A stretch of 62,916 nucleotides of DNA, filler included, from Choristocarpus tenellus KU-1152 (lineage: Eukaryota > Protista > Phaeophyceae): assembly GCA_964200185.2 (NCBI GenBank). It is 15 parts of 15 records of this genome, joined end to end, with 100 filler letters (N's around TTAATTAATTAA, not from the genome) between each part and the next. Parts side by side here need not be neighbours in the genome. Positions count along the whole stretch, not along the records: positions 50,445 to 54,657 come from CAXNAD020015661.1; positions 54,758 to 57,302 come from CAXNAD020026889.1; positions 57,403 to 60,215 come from CAXNAD020024531.1; positions 60,316 to 62,916 come from CAXNAD020026379.1; 11 more parts are not named here. One strand, given 5' to 3'. Under the pieces are notes generated by a model. It saw only the letters and a program-made list of their open reading frames with translations. It was not told the DNA's origin and made no database searches. Positions 52,338-62,916 of the stretch are shown one piece after another. Position numbers and translations under genes: made by a program. Within the stretch, counting starts at the first letter, position 1. Every line of letters starts with the position of its first letter.

Positions 52338-55300
52338 TCATCTCCTCATCCCTATCTGGATGCACAGTGCCGTAAATTGAAGTGCGGTGGTCTTGGTGTG
52401 ACAGCAGCAATGAGGCAGTGGGCTATGTTCGTTGCACACAGCATGGTCAAAGTGCGCTGGATTTACCCAGGAAGGATCCTGTTTAGGTACCTGTGACACA
52501 AGAAGTAGAATTCATACCACCCTTGGTATAGCATTCCTGTCCGAAGACAAGATGGTATGCCTCAAAATGATTCCTCCTTTGCATGTGTATCGAAAAGCTT
52601 TCCACCAAGAACCGTTTGCGGCAACACCCCTACCACCAAGTAGTAGTGTAGTAGTCCAGGTGAGAATTGTTTACGATCAAGAAACACAAAACATATTTAT
52701 CTATCGTGTCGTGCTCCTACCAAGAAAAAACAGTATCTCTAGGGAATTACATGCCGTTCAAAGTTCAATCTTGAAAGTCTCAGTCTGGTCTCAACAATTT
52801 TTGTGTTGAACTCTGAAAAAGCTGACTGCGAAATCATTCTCTAATTTAACAGCTGTCCAATATATGACGATGGTAGCTGATACGGCCACTACCATAGAAT
52901 GTTTTAACTATGGGAACACAAAAGACAGATATTAGAGTCACCTATGACATCATCAACCAAGAACCTGCACATCTTCCTCAAAATCTAAAAATGCGTTGGT
53001 ATTAGCTCCTGCTAATGTTGCAACGACCATAATATACACTATAGATACTGTCACCCCTCTTCTCCAGTCTCTTATCCCTCCCTCATACTCACACAAACAA
53101 CCTTGATCCTAAATCAAGAAACACACAAAACAGACACCGGGTAAAACTCATCTGAACAAGCACGTTCTGCCACTGCTACTGCTACTACAATACACCAATC
53201 ACTTTATACCGATTATGAAAGGATGGTCACGCTTGTATCTTGTAACTGTGGGAGAAGAGGTGACGAAGGCACACTTAGTCAGAGGGCCGGTCCAGACCGC
53301 CAGCAAAGACAGCCCTCACGAAATGGGTCCTTCAATAATAATTCATTGCATAAAATAATGGGAAGCTATGGATACATCCTACAGACCATCATTGCATGAG
53401 CTGTGTCTTCCTGGCATGACTCAAATATCCTCCAATGACGGACAGGACATGACACATAGGTAGGAAAGCTTTACCACTAACACTCTAACAACTGCTGCTT
53501 CGGAGCTGTAAATATTATAATTCCTCCATATCTAATTCACGAAAATCATTACATTGAAGTACGATTTATGTACAAGTACTTCCTATTTTATCAAGGCCAA
53601 GCCTGCAATGTCAACAAAACAGTCTGTCTTTCATCACTCTGCATTGAGATATTGTGCCTTCTACACCTGTAACATATGCAGCAAACAACATGATCCATTG
53701 CTCTTCCTGCAATCCTGCATCGCAACGGTAACACTACATACACAATCTGTACCAACTAACAGTCTTCAATCCTGTTCACTACTTGTACAAGAGAATGTGG
53801 TTCGCCAAAGGGCACATGTACAGCTGGTGATACTGAGAAGATAAGGGTGTCAGTACATACCTATAGGAACAAAAGAGAGACAAACACCGAAAAAAAATAA
53901 ATTGCGTTGAGTAACAAGTTACGCACCCTTGACTTCCAGGCATAACACAAATTAAAGCAAAGGAATAAATACATCATACGGACATGTATGAGCATTTGCC
54001 AAGTGCATTGTAACCCAGCATTCTACCCACCCTCCTCCCCTGGCTGTTGACCCACCCTCCCTCCATCCGTGTCACTGCACAAGTCACTGTTGTTGGAAGG
54101 TGCGGGTGGAAACAAAATTCAAAGGACCACATGCCACAACTCCGCCCATCCTCTCGTCGGAAATATGACTCACTCTTTCCATGGAGACAGCTCAATGACA
54201 CACGATAATATCTTTTTTAATTTTATACGCACCACGAAAGTGGATTGACCGTCCTACGAAGTCTTTTGCTTCAAAATTGTCAGGACCAACAGCCCCTGGA
54301 AAATGGCAAAAGATGTGAAAAAAAAACAAGTAGGCACCACCTTTCTCCCTTGCCGAGTAAGCAGGTTCAGTCACCTCTGTCAACATGAGCACTGATTTAT
54401 TTCCTTTAAAAATGAAATACACCAATCATCGGGAGGCACTATTACCAAATGTCTCTTCGAGGGTTGCCTGGTTGCCGTCACGTGGTGGAGCCATCTTGTG
54501 GATCTTGATTGTGTCAGTAGGGGTCACAGAGGACAGGTCCTTTTCGTAGTTTCATATTTCAGGATCGGGAAGAGTTAAAAAAAAAAAATCAGAATCAGAA
54601 AAAGGAAGGGAGAGGAGAGAGGTGGTTTGTGAACCTCATCAAGCGATATACACCCTGNNNNNNNNNNNNNNNNNNNNNNNNNNNNNNNNNNNNNNNNNNN
54701 NTTAATTAATTAANNNNNNNNNNNNNNNNNNNNNNNNNNNNNNNNNNNNNNNNNNNNGGTCCTACCACGTCCCCCTAGGCCACCCCCTCCACCCCCTCCA
54801 CCACCACGACCCCCTCCTCCGCCTCTCCCCTCATTTCCTGGACCAACTGGCCTTTCATCCTCACCTCTCCAGCTTGGTCGCTTGAAAACTCTCGCATCAC
54901 CTCTTCCCCCGCCCGACTCATGCTTAAGTCGGTGGTTCTCCGCCCTTTGGACCCTATTAGTGTGGGGCATTGTACCCTACACCAATTCAATTTTCTGTTA
55001 AGAGGGAGGCCATCACTTTTTATAGAAAACAAGCAGTCTTGTCGAAGGAAGAACGTTTTGCAAAATCATTACTCAGGCTAGAAGAGCATGCATAGATTTG
55101 GCACAGAGGGGATTTGTTGATGTTGTCCACCCACACAATTGGTTTGAACATGAGTATCTACATTACCATAAATTCACAAAAATCGTCAAATCCCTAACCC
55201 TAATCCATGTTTCGGGAAATTCTTCATCTTATACCTACACCCACCGCTCTGTCAAGGCCTCTAACGTCTTGATTGCTGCGTGCATCCACGGGATATCAAG

Positions 55301-57842
55301 ATATTTGGAATAGAGGAACCCATCGAGTGGTCTCGTGAACAAACTCCTTTCCGCAGTCTGGTCTCGCTTGCCGACTTCTTGACTCCCTTTACAGTCCAAA
55401 GTTAGTGCCAGTTCTCTCCTCTCTACACCAGCTCGTTGCGCTGGAAGGGTAGAGCCCTCCGCAGGTCTCTCATTTACCATGACAACCTTGGAGAGAAAAA
55501 GCATCCTGGATCGCTATGTAGGATGCACCTCAAAAACGCACGTGGCAGACAAGGTGGTCAAGGCCATGGCGTGAGTAGTCCATTTTGGAACTATACGATA
55601 CGGTACCATAGTCGGGTCTTGATCTTCTGATAACTTTGATTGTACAGAAGTCCTTCCTCCTCTGTTGAGCTTCGCAAACCTGAAGTTGACGTGCCTTTTG
55701 TCTGCAATGATGACTACAATGATATACCAGTATGAGCTTAGACTGTCATCTGTACCTTGGTTTCCTTGTTAGTTGCTCTATTTGTATCTATCTTGTGGTT
55801 ATAGCTCGCCCACCCGGTGTTTTTTTCTTGCTGGTATCGCGACTAAATGCTTTGCTTTCATCACTCCTCACGATGTCCTTCTCCATCCCAAAAATCAAGA
55901 GTGCTCAACTCTCACATACCACATCAGGTATTCGTTTGGTGTGCTAGCGGAAATGGAGCAATTGAAAAATGGGAAGAGTACATCAACATCAATAGGCACG
56001 TCATCTTGCTTGACCCGCCTGTGTCGACTTCCTAGTTCATTTGGATCCGCAATGTTCATAGCCAAGAATTGGTATCTCAACAATCCACCACCCGAGTGCA
56101 CCATTAGAGCTCTCCATGCCACCCTGCCAACCATCGCCGCACAAGATGGCCACAATTACCTCAATCACTCACCAAAATATTTACTAATTTTTAGCAGGCC
56201 TATGCAAGATATACGGTGCGCTTTCAATGGCTCGTGTGGTGTTCCGATTCTTGGGTTGCACAGACGCCATCTACGAGATACTAAATGTCGAGGGAGCAGT
56301 AGGATGGGATAACCCCTCCATAAAGCACCTTGCAAGGTGGGATATTGCAGCAAATAAGTGGGAGTGGATGGGTCCGGGGATAGGGGGCTAGGAATGAGCT
56401 ATCTTCCTTGGAAGGTTTACACTAATTTTGGTTTGGTCATTAAGTAGGTGGGCTCAGATATTTTTTTGTTGTAATTTCCTTTCCCACGTCCTTAGAGGAA
56501 CTTTGAGCAAATATATTTGATGAATATCCAGTTATGCATGGGGGGAGCAGGCTATATTTCTGCTCTTGTTGGAAGTGCGAAGGTGATGGTCTGTTTTGTT
56601 TGACTGATGTTTTGGCATGGTCCATGCAGAATTTTGATTGGATTGGTGGCTATGTCCAAAGTGGAGTTCCAAGTTAACATAAGGATTGATATGACAATAA
56701 TAACAATGGTAGTGTTGTCACTGGGAAGGGGACCTCACCACCGCAAAACTGTACAGGTACATAGGTTGGTTAGTGTCTCAAGATATGATGGGTATAGACC
56801 TAACCTACCAGTGAGCAGAGCGCTCACTGATGAGAAAGACCAGTTGATAAGCAGTGGAAGATGCAAAGAGAGTGCATGTTGTGCAGACCTACCCCCCTAC
56901 AATTGGTTCTCCTGAAGATGGATAGAGCGATGCACCCACGCCCAAGTATCTCCATAAACTGTACATGAAAAGCCAACAGGGCATTGACCACCCTTCTGTG
57001 TGAAACTGTTAGAATGCATCTGAATACGATGATGCAAGGGGTATGTATGGCCCCTCTTAGGTCAATGTTTGGTGGCTGTCTCTCATCTGAAAGAAATTAA
57101 GAATCAGTTGCCCACCGCCTTTGCCCCACCACGCCCTCGGCCCTAACCCTGATCCTTTGAAGGGTATATACATCTAAAGCATTGTCAATGCACAGCGATA
57201 CAATATCACAAGCATAAGTAACAAACAAGTAAACCACACAACCCAATAACTAGCGAAGGCTCCTTGATTAACCCCCCCCCCCCCCCCCCCACCCCACACC
57301 ATNNNNNNNNNNNNNNNNNNNNNNNNNNNNNNNNNNNNNNNNNNNNTTAATTAATTAANNNNNNNNNNNNNNNNNNNNNNNNNNNNNNNNNNNNNNNNNN
57401 NNGATGAGTTTGACCCAAAATGGTGCGCGGAAAGTGTCCATATATATATTTTTTGTAAATGTTGCGGCACTTTTGAAGGGCCTCTTTTTGAATGGGAATC
57501 CATGCCGAAGGTGGTGGTAGGACAGTGTGTGGGGGGCGGCACTGATTTCGTTTGATCGTTATGCACATTTATGCCCTGCGTTGGATTGCTTACTTGAATA
57601 ATTAGTGCGGTCGGTGGAGTCGTTTGATTATCGATGGTGGAGGTGGTAGAAAAAAATAGCACTTCCGAGTAGTTTTTTTCGGGGCGGCGTTTCATTGTCA
57701 TTATAGATGGTTGACTGACTGAGAAGAAGATGTGATATTTTCCCATATTATTAAATTGTTTATCAAATATTGCTATTTTCACCAAGTAGAAGAAGAAGCT
57801 ACCACTGAGCGCATATAAGTATTGACATTATATGATGATCGA

Positions 57843-57967
57843 CCTCTTTGTACAAATATCTCAGTCATGCCGAAGAAATGGTTTGTTGCGATCTGCCCCT
57901 CCTCCCCACCCTGTTAGATACGCCGATCTACATTTGTCTATTTTCTCGAGTGAGTTGTGGGACTTGT
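57843..57967 (-). repeat. Left arm of an inverted repeat pairing with 60088-60215
   Basis: Both arms read acaagtcc(c/a)acaact...cgagaaaataga..gatcggcgtatct.acagggtgggg...gactgagatatt.gtacaaagagg; the ORF track shows the shared EKIDKCRSAYLTGWGGG. Confidence 0.9.
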
Positions 57968-58130
57968 CATTGTGTTTTCGGGCAACAGGCGGTCGTGGGC
58001 AGTGAGAAGATCTAGGAGTGATGAGATTCGAAGCCGGGCGTATGAACTTTGTTTGAGCTCCGCGTGATCCGTGGGACCACCCTGAGGTCCATGATCCTGA
58101 AAATCTTTGCATTACGGTTTTAGGAAGTTG
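57965..58130 (-). mobile_element. Inverted copy of the 5' leader and start codon of the Sola-like transposase gene
   Basis: The reverse complement aligns colinearly with 9956-10120 (gatcatgg..ctcagg.tggtcccacggatc...tcactcctaga.cttctcactgccca.gaccgcctgttgcccgaaaacac.ATGACA). Confidence 0.9.
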
Positions 58131-59302
58131 TAAATCCTATTATATCCGTACCTACAAATTGTTTAAAATACAAAGCACATACTTCATTGGTCTTGTACGT
58201 TTCCAACGTTCCGAAACCAACTTTGTTCGAGCACTGGGCTATCCATGGGACCACCCTGAGATCCATGATCCTGAAAATCCTTGTATTACGTTTTTAGGAA
58301 GTTGCAAATCCGATTATATCCGTACTTACAAATTGTTTAAAATACAAAGCACATACTTCATTGATCTTGTATGTTTCCAATGTTCAGTAACCAAAACGTC
58401 AAAAACAACTCTAACCCTATACATCTTTGAAGTACAAAATCGTACAAAATCGGACATATCGATTGTCATAAACTTTAGAGTCGATATGAAGTGCTTCTTT
58501 GGTTTAAAGTGATCAGCGCTAATCACGAATACCCAAAAATCCACTTTATACGTGCGTTAAGGTTTTTAAAATAGTAAGTCCAGTAATAACCGTTCTTAGG
58601 GTTTTAAAAAATACCAAGAATGCACTTTAGGTGTCTCACACGTTTCCAATTTTCAGAAATTAAAAGAAGTCTTTCCATCTGGTACCCACCATATATTTAA
58701 ATACTAAAGACGTCAAAAAGCTGATTTAGTATTTAAATAAAAACTAGAGACCACAAAAAAGCGGATCTATGATATTAAAGAGTAGCGCTGATCTTGATTA
58801 CCGTTGAACACCCAAAACACTTGCGTTAGGGTTTTTACAAAATTAGAATGATATTCTAATCTTTACATCAACAAATACAGATACAAACCACATCCTTCAT
58901 TGATCTAATACGTTTGAAACGTACAAAACGAAAAGATCACAAAAAACTGTTACTCTCTGTCTGTTTCCAATATAAAATCGTATGCTGTTCGATATTCGTA
59001 TTTTTTAGAACGGAATTGTCAAGGGAAAGACAAATCTGAGTTTTGAGGACCGACCGACCAGATGGAACAAAGCAGCAGCTGAAAATAATATTATTCTGAT
59101 CTTTACATCAACAAATACAATTACAAACCTCATCCTTCATTGATCCAATACGTTTGAAACGTACGAAATGAAAAGGTCACAAAAACTGTTACTCTCTTTT
59201 TCTTTCCAATATGAAAGCGTATGCTGTTCGATATTCGTATTTTTTATAACACAATTGTGAAGGGAAAGAGAAATCTGAGTTTTGAGGACCCAATGACCAG
59301 AT
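58045..59302. repeat. AT-rich spacer built of degenerate tandem duplications (174-bp and 240-bp periods)
   Basis: 58045-58212 vs 58219-58385, and 58851-59062 vs 59091-59302. Confidence 0.85.
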
Positions 59303-59415
59303 GAAATATAGCAGGGCCTCCCATCCCTCAGTCCTCATTTCAATTCATTCTCTTCAGTACATACCACACGCACCTATTATTTACCAATCCCCGTCACACC
59401 CTCTCAACCTTCACC

Positions 59416-59854
59416 ATGTCCAGCATTTGCTCAACAACAACCCACCCACCCGCCGATGGCGCTGCCCACGGACTGAGAACGTGGGACAGCGATCTGAAGG
59501 GCATGTGCTCGCTCCTAGAACATCACTACCTCAACAGGTACCGGATGAAACTCGGTAACATCACATGCACGGAGATGATGCGTCCACTGAGCGAGCGTGG
59601 CCTTGTGTGCGTCAGCAAGTCTATCCACGAGAAAGGCTGGCTGGAGCAGTTTGCTCCATCTGTGGTAATCCAGCGAGACTCTTTAGGTAATGGGGACCAG
59701 CTCACCGCCGAAACCGCGCTTGCCATTCAAGGATGTACACTGGACGGAAACCATAGAATAACGGTGCTGAAGAGAGAGTTTGATCCCGAACGCGCTTTCA
59801 TGATGTGGGTCTACATGGAGTTCAACCAAGCAGAAGAGAGGCTAATAGCCAACG
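59416..59854 (+). CDS. ParB/Sulfiredoxin N-terminal domain protein, first exon
   Basis: ATG in caccATG context; MRPLSERGLVCVSKSIHEKGWLEQFAPSVVI...TLDGNHRITVLK (DGNHR at 59743-59757)...VYMEFNQAEERLIAN. This fits the R-x-L..SI..G..P-x-V..DGxHR pattern; GT donor at 59855. Confidence 0.8.
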
Positions 59855-60087
59855 GTGGGTGATGGAGTGTTGTCGTTGTTCCATGATCGCCGGATGACTC
59901 TTCTGATCAACTAAGTTGTTAACGAGTTTCCTTTGTTTGGTTCATCGTCAGTCAGCCAATTGTTGATCTTTTTTATTCCTCATGGTCTTCCTGTCAACAG
60001 CAACATGTTGCTCAATACTGCGTACCGCATGGGTCCCGCGACTGCTTCCCGCCTACCCCTTGCCCCGTTCGCCCACTGCAATGTGGT

Positions 60088-60215
60088 ACAAGTCCAACAA
60101 CTTGCCCGAGAAAATAGATAAGTGCAGATCGGCGTATCTGACAGGGTGGGGGGGGGGGGGGGCAGATCACAACAAACGATATCTTGGGCACGACTGAGAT
60201 ATTCGTACAAAGAGG
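60088..60215 (+). repeat. Right arm of the inverted repeat (truncated by a spacer)
   Basis: Reverse-complement match to 57843-57967. Confidence 0.9.
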
Positions 60216-60784
60216 NNNNNNNNNNNNNNNNNNNNNNNNNNNNNNNNNNNNNNNNNNNNTTAATTAATTAANNNNNNNNNNNNNNNNNNNNNNNNNNNNN
60301 NNNNNNNNNNNNNNNAAAAACAACAAAAATAACATAATGAATATCCTGATGTTCAAGATAGGTCACCTTCAGGGTATACCTTCTGTGGAATGTGGCTATC
60401 ACACTTAGAGTGAACAAAATCCAAGGCCATGTATTTTCAATCCTTAAATTTGACGTTTGTCAGATTCCTTGTGAATTTAGTAGAAGGTGAAAAATCTGCG
60501 ATCAACTTTATTTTGTGTCTCTATGTTTATTGGTCGACTTACTTTGAGGTGATAATTTTGTTGAGTCTAATGTTTTTTTATCTTTAAGACCTACGATGAA
60601 CTTATTCTAAGGAGAAAAAAATGTTGATCCTTTTACCATCTGAGCTGCTGTGAGCATTGCGGTTAATACATTCCAAGACGAAGAAGTTTGAAACCTTCAC
60701 TTCTCAGGTCTTCTAGGCTGATGGTTAGTTTGGTCCAATTTCATAAATTTCATGGGTGTGATGAAGTAAAGGTGATGCTCACCC

Positions 60785-62779
60785 AAGCGTCGAATGAGCC
60801 CTGTTTCCCATTGGGTGGCACGTAGAACAGGGAGAGTGTGTCATGTTGCAATCTAGACCCAGCTTCCTGTGCAAAGACGTTTGAGGCCATGTCGACGATG
60901 TCGGACCAGTCGTGATCTTGAGGCATATTGTCTCTCGAAATCCGAAACCTCTCCTGTCCCACCAGAACATCCCCGCACATGAGACGGAAGTATTCTTCCT
61001 TTATGGTTGAATAAAGCTGTCGATGGTTGGACAGGAAAAAATGGTTTGAGGTCTTAGCAAGACGAGGTAAGATGATTTGGTCATCATATTCCGAGCATCC
61101 CGGTCTATATTGGTCATAAGAGCTGCCACAAGCTGAGCATTGAAAAGAAGAAAGGTTACCCCTTAGTGCACGACACAAGCTATTTTGGAGGTAGGTGGAA
61201 AACGAGCTAAAGATTGGAATTGCGCTCATCTTTAGCTTAGTCTGGTTGTCGAAGGCCATCCTATGTTTCAAACAGTCAAAGGCTGTATTTGGATTGACCG
61301 CCCAGAGAATGGTGAAGTAGTGGACTGATCGGCGGTCGAACGAAGACTGCGGGGAGATAATTAAATGGACAATGAGTGAATGCGGGTCCAGCTTAAATGA
61401 GGAAAGGGACAGAGCGACACAACAATACAGGAATAAAGTTTTGATTTCGAATCCACAACAACAAGGACTTCAAAGTGGCGATGACATAATGTTTGAAATA
61501 TATATGCGCTTGTGTTGGTTACGAAACTCACGTTTGCTGGGCTATCTTTGTTCCGTTTCCAGACCTCCATAAGTAGGTCTTGGAAACTCCCCTTCATCTG
61601 AGTTAGGGCAGGGTGTTACGGTATTAGTGTAGGAGCGTTTTGTTTCGTTTCTGTCTCCGAGAATAACGTTTTGTATAATAAGAAATTGAGTACGGGTCAG
61701 TGAAGCAGAGTTAGGGAGGGAGCAGACCAAGCATCATTCTCACCCTCGATTGCGCAGTTGTATACACATGTTGCAACAGTATTGAAGAATTCACTCCGGT
61801 CTTGCTTTCTCTTTATTCCGTACTCGCGAGTCATTCTTTCCCACGCCTCATCGAGGAAAGTCTCAATTTTTGCCGCGACAGTTTTTTCTAACTTTCGTGG
61901 CGAAGTTCCCCCTTTCTTTCATCGTAAAGTCGATGGCCCCCAAGTCATACTGATGACATAGTTCCACCAACCGTTGACGTCTCTGCCCCTCATCAGATTT
62001 TTCATTTGATCCTCTCGATACAGGGGTGGGCCTCGTCCAGTCCATAACCTTCTTCGAGGTATTCAATCATGGACCTTACCCAGGTGACCATCCTCTCGAA
62101 GATGTCAGCAACGCCGGGTAAGTTTCCTTGGCTTGCCCTCACTCCCTCTCTGATCGAAAAGAGCTGCGCCGTTTCCTTATCGTTGTTAGGATACATTTTC
62201 CAAGCATATCTGGTGTCGTGGTCGCTCACCAGAGACATGGGTATGCTGTTGGCCAAATCCTGCGTCACCAGCTTGTTCACCTTCCCCAACTTCGACACCT
62301 TGTTTTAGGCTCGTCTTGAAAGGGTCCTCAACATCATGGTGTAGTGCTGGCCATTGAGACAGAAGAAAAGGTTTTCGTCCTTGTTGGCATCTTTACGTCC
62401 ACCATCAAATATTGTGGGTTAAGGGCCCGTTGGCAATGTACTCGCCGAGAATGTGGTCGTTGGGGCAGTTCTCGGTAGCCCCACCTGCCCACATGGACTT
62501 CTTGAAGTCTTCGTGATTTTCTCACTTCGAGCAGAAGGAGAATTGCTGGCTGCCTCATATTCTGCATAGCATTTTGGCCGCATCCTCCCGGTCCTTTACA
62601 ACCTTCTCGATCATGGCGCTCACCCTCTGCATATCCATAAGGTTCGCGTTGTAGTTGTGGACCAATCGGCCTGAGTTCACAAGCAACATCAACTGCTGGA
62701 AAGTGATATGCAAGGTACTTATGTGAACCTTCCTCACTCCCTCATTCACTTGTGCGGCGTTAAAACTGGAGAATCGCAA
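60785..62779 (-). pseudogene. Degenerate multi-exon gene with a putative divergent ParB-superfamily N-terminal domain
   Basis: Stitched frames: TFQQLMLLVNSGRLVHNYNANLMDMQRVSAMIEKV...ENLFFCLNGQHYTMMLRTL...KETAQLFSIREGVRASQGNLPGVADIFERM. Downstream GT-AG exon-like blocks at about 61597-61532, 61346-61160 and 61121-60785; several frameshifts and stops. Confidence 0.5.
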
Positions 62780-62916
62780 AAAGGGTGCGGACGTTAGGAA
62801 GGAGGGCGAGAGAGAAAAAGATTAGTGATTACGATTTTTTGTATGAGACCAAATGTGGAAAGCATGTTTGTCTGTTATTATACCGTATTGCTCGTATGCC
62901 ATATACCGTTATACCG

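Noticed and set aside
57861-58112. Paralogous small proteins sharing EKIDKCRSAYLTGWGGG (with 59982-60197)
   Set aside because: By-product of a DNA inverted repeat; the ORFs are chimeric and lack coding support.
59416-62779. The two ParB-like genes forming one convergent operon-like locus
   Set aside because: Separated by an artificial spacer; contig order and orientation are not established.

Overview
Eukaryotic, intron-rich nuclear DNA. It is probably a stramenopile, most likely a brown alga or close relative; this is inferred from the gene set, the TTAGGG repeats and the Copia style. The window is 15 short contigs joined by 14 identical artificial 100-bp spacers (44 N + TTAATTAATTAA + 44 N), so neighbourhood across spacers should not be trusted. 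Spliced host genes rebuilt by hand from phase-compatible exons: a coiled-coil protein fragment, a POMP/adhesin-like beta-helix protein fragment, a complete ubiquitin-like/DSC3-type gene, the 3' end of a 1,3-beta-glucan (callose) synthase, a DUF4395-SLAC1/TDT fusion largely invisible in the ORF track, and 12 exons of cytoplasmic dynein heavy chain. Mobile DNA: two degenerate Ty1/Copia fragments, an abundant MITE family with G-R-S-Y-CAAAGTATC-type termini and mostly 3-bp TSDs, and an intron-containing Sola-like (DUF7869-type) transposase pseudogene. Best candidate for an undescribed system: the transposase's 5' leader (9956-10120) recurs inverted at about 57965-58130. There it sits head-to-head, across a repeat-rich spacer, with a ParB/Sulfiredoxin-domain (DGNHR) gene, and the unit is bracketed by inverted repeats. 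This suggests a eukaryotic DNA transposon carrying a ParB-family partner gene. A second, divergent ParB-like (NGQH) spliced pseudogene lies on the last contig. All family assignments are from motif recognition by eye; no database searches were run.
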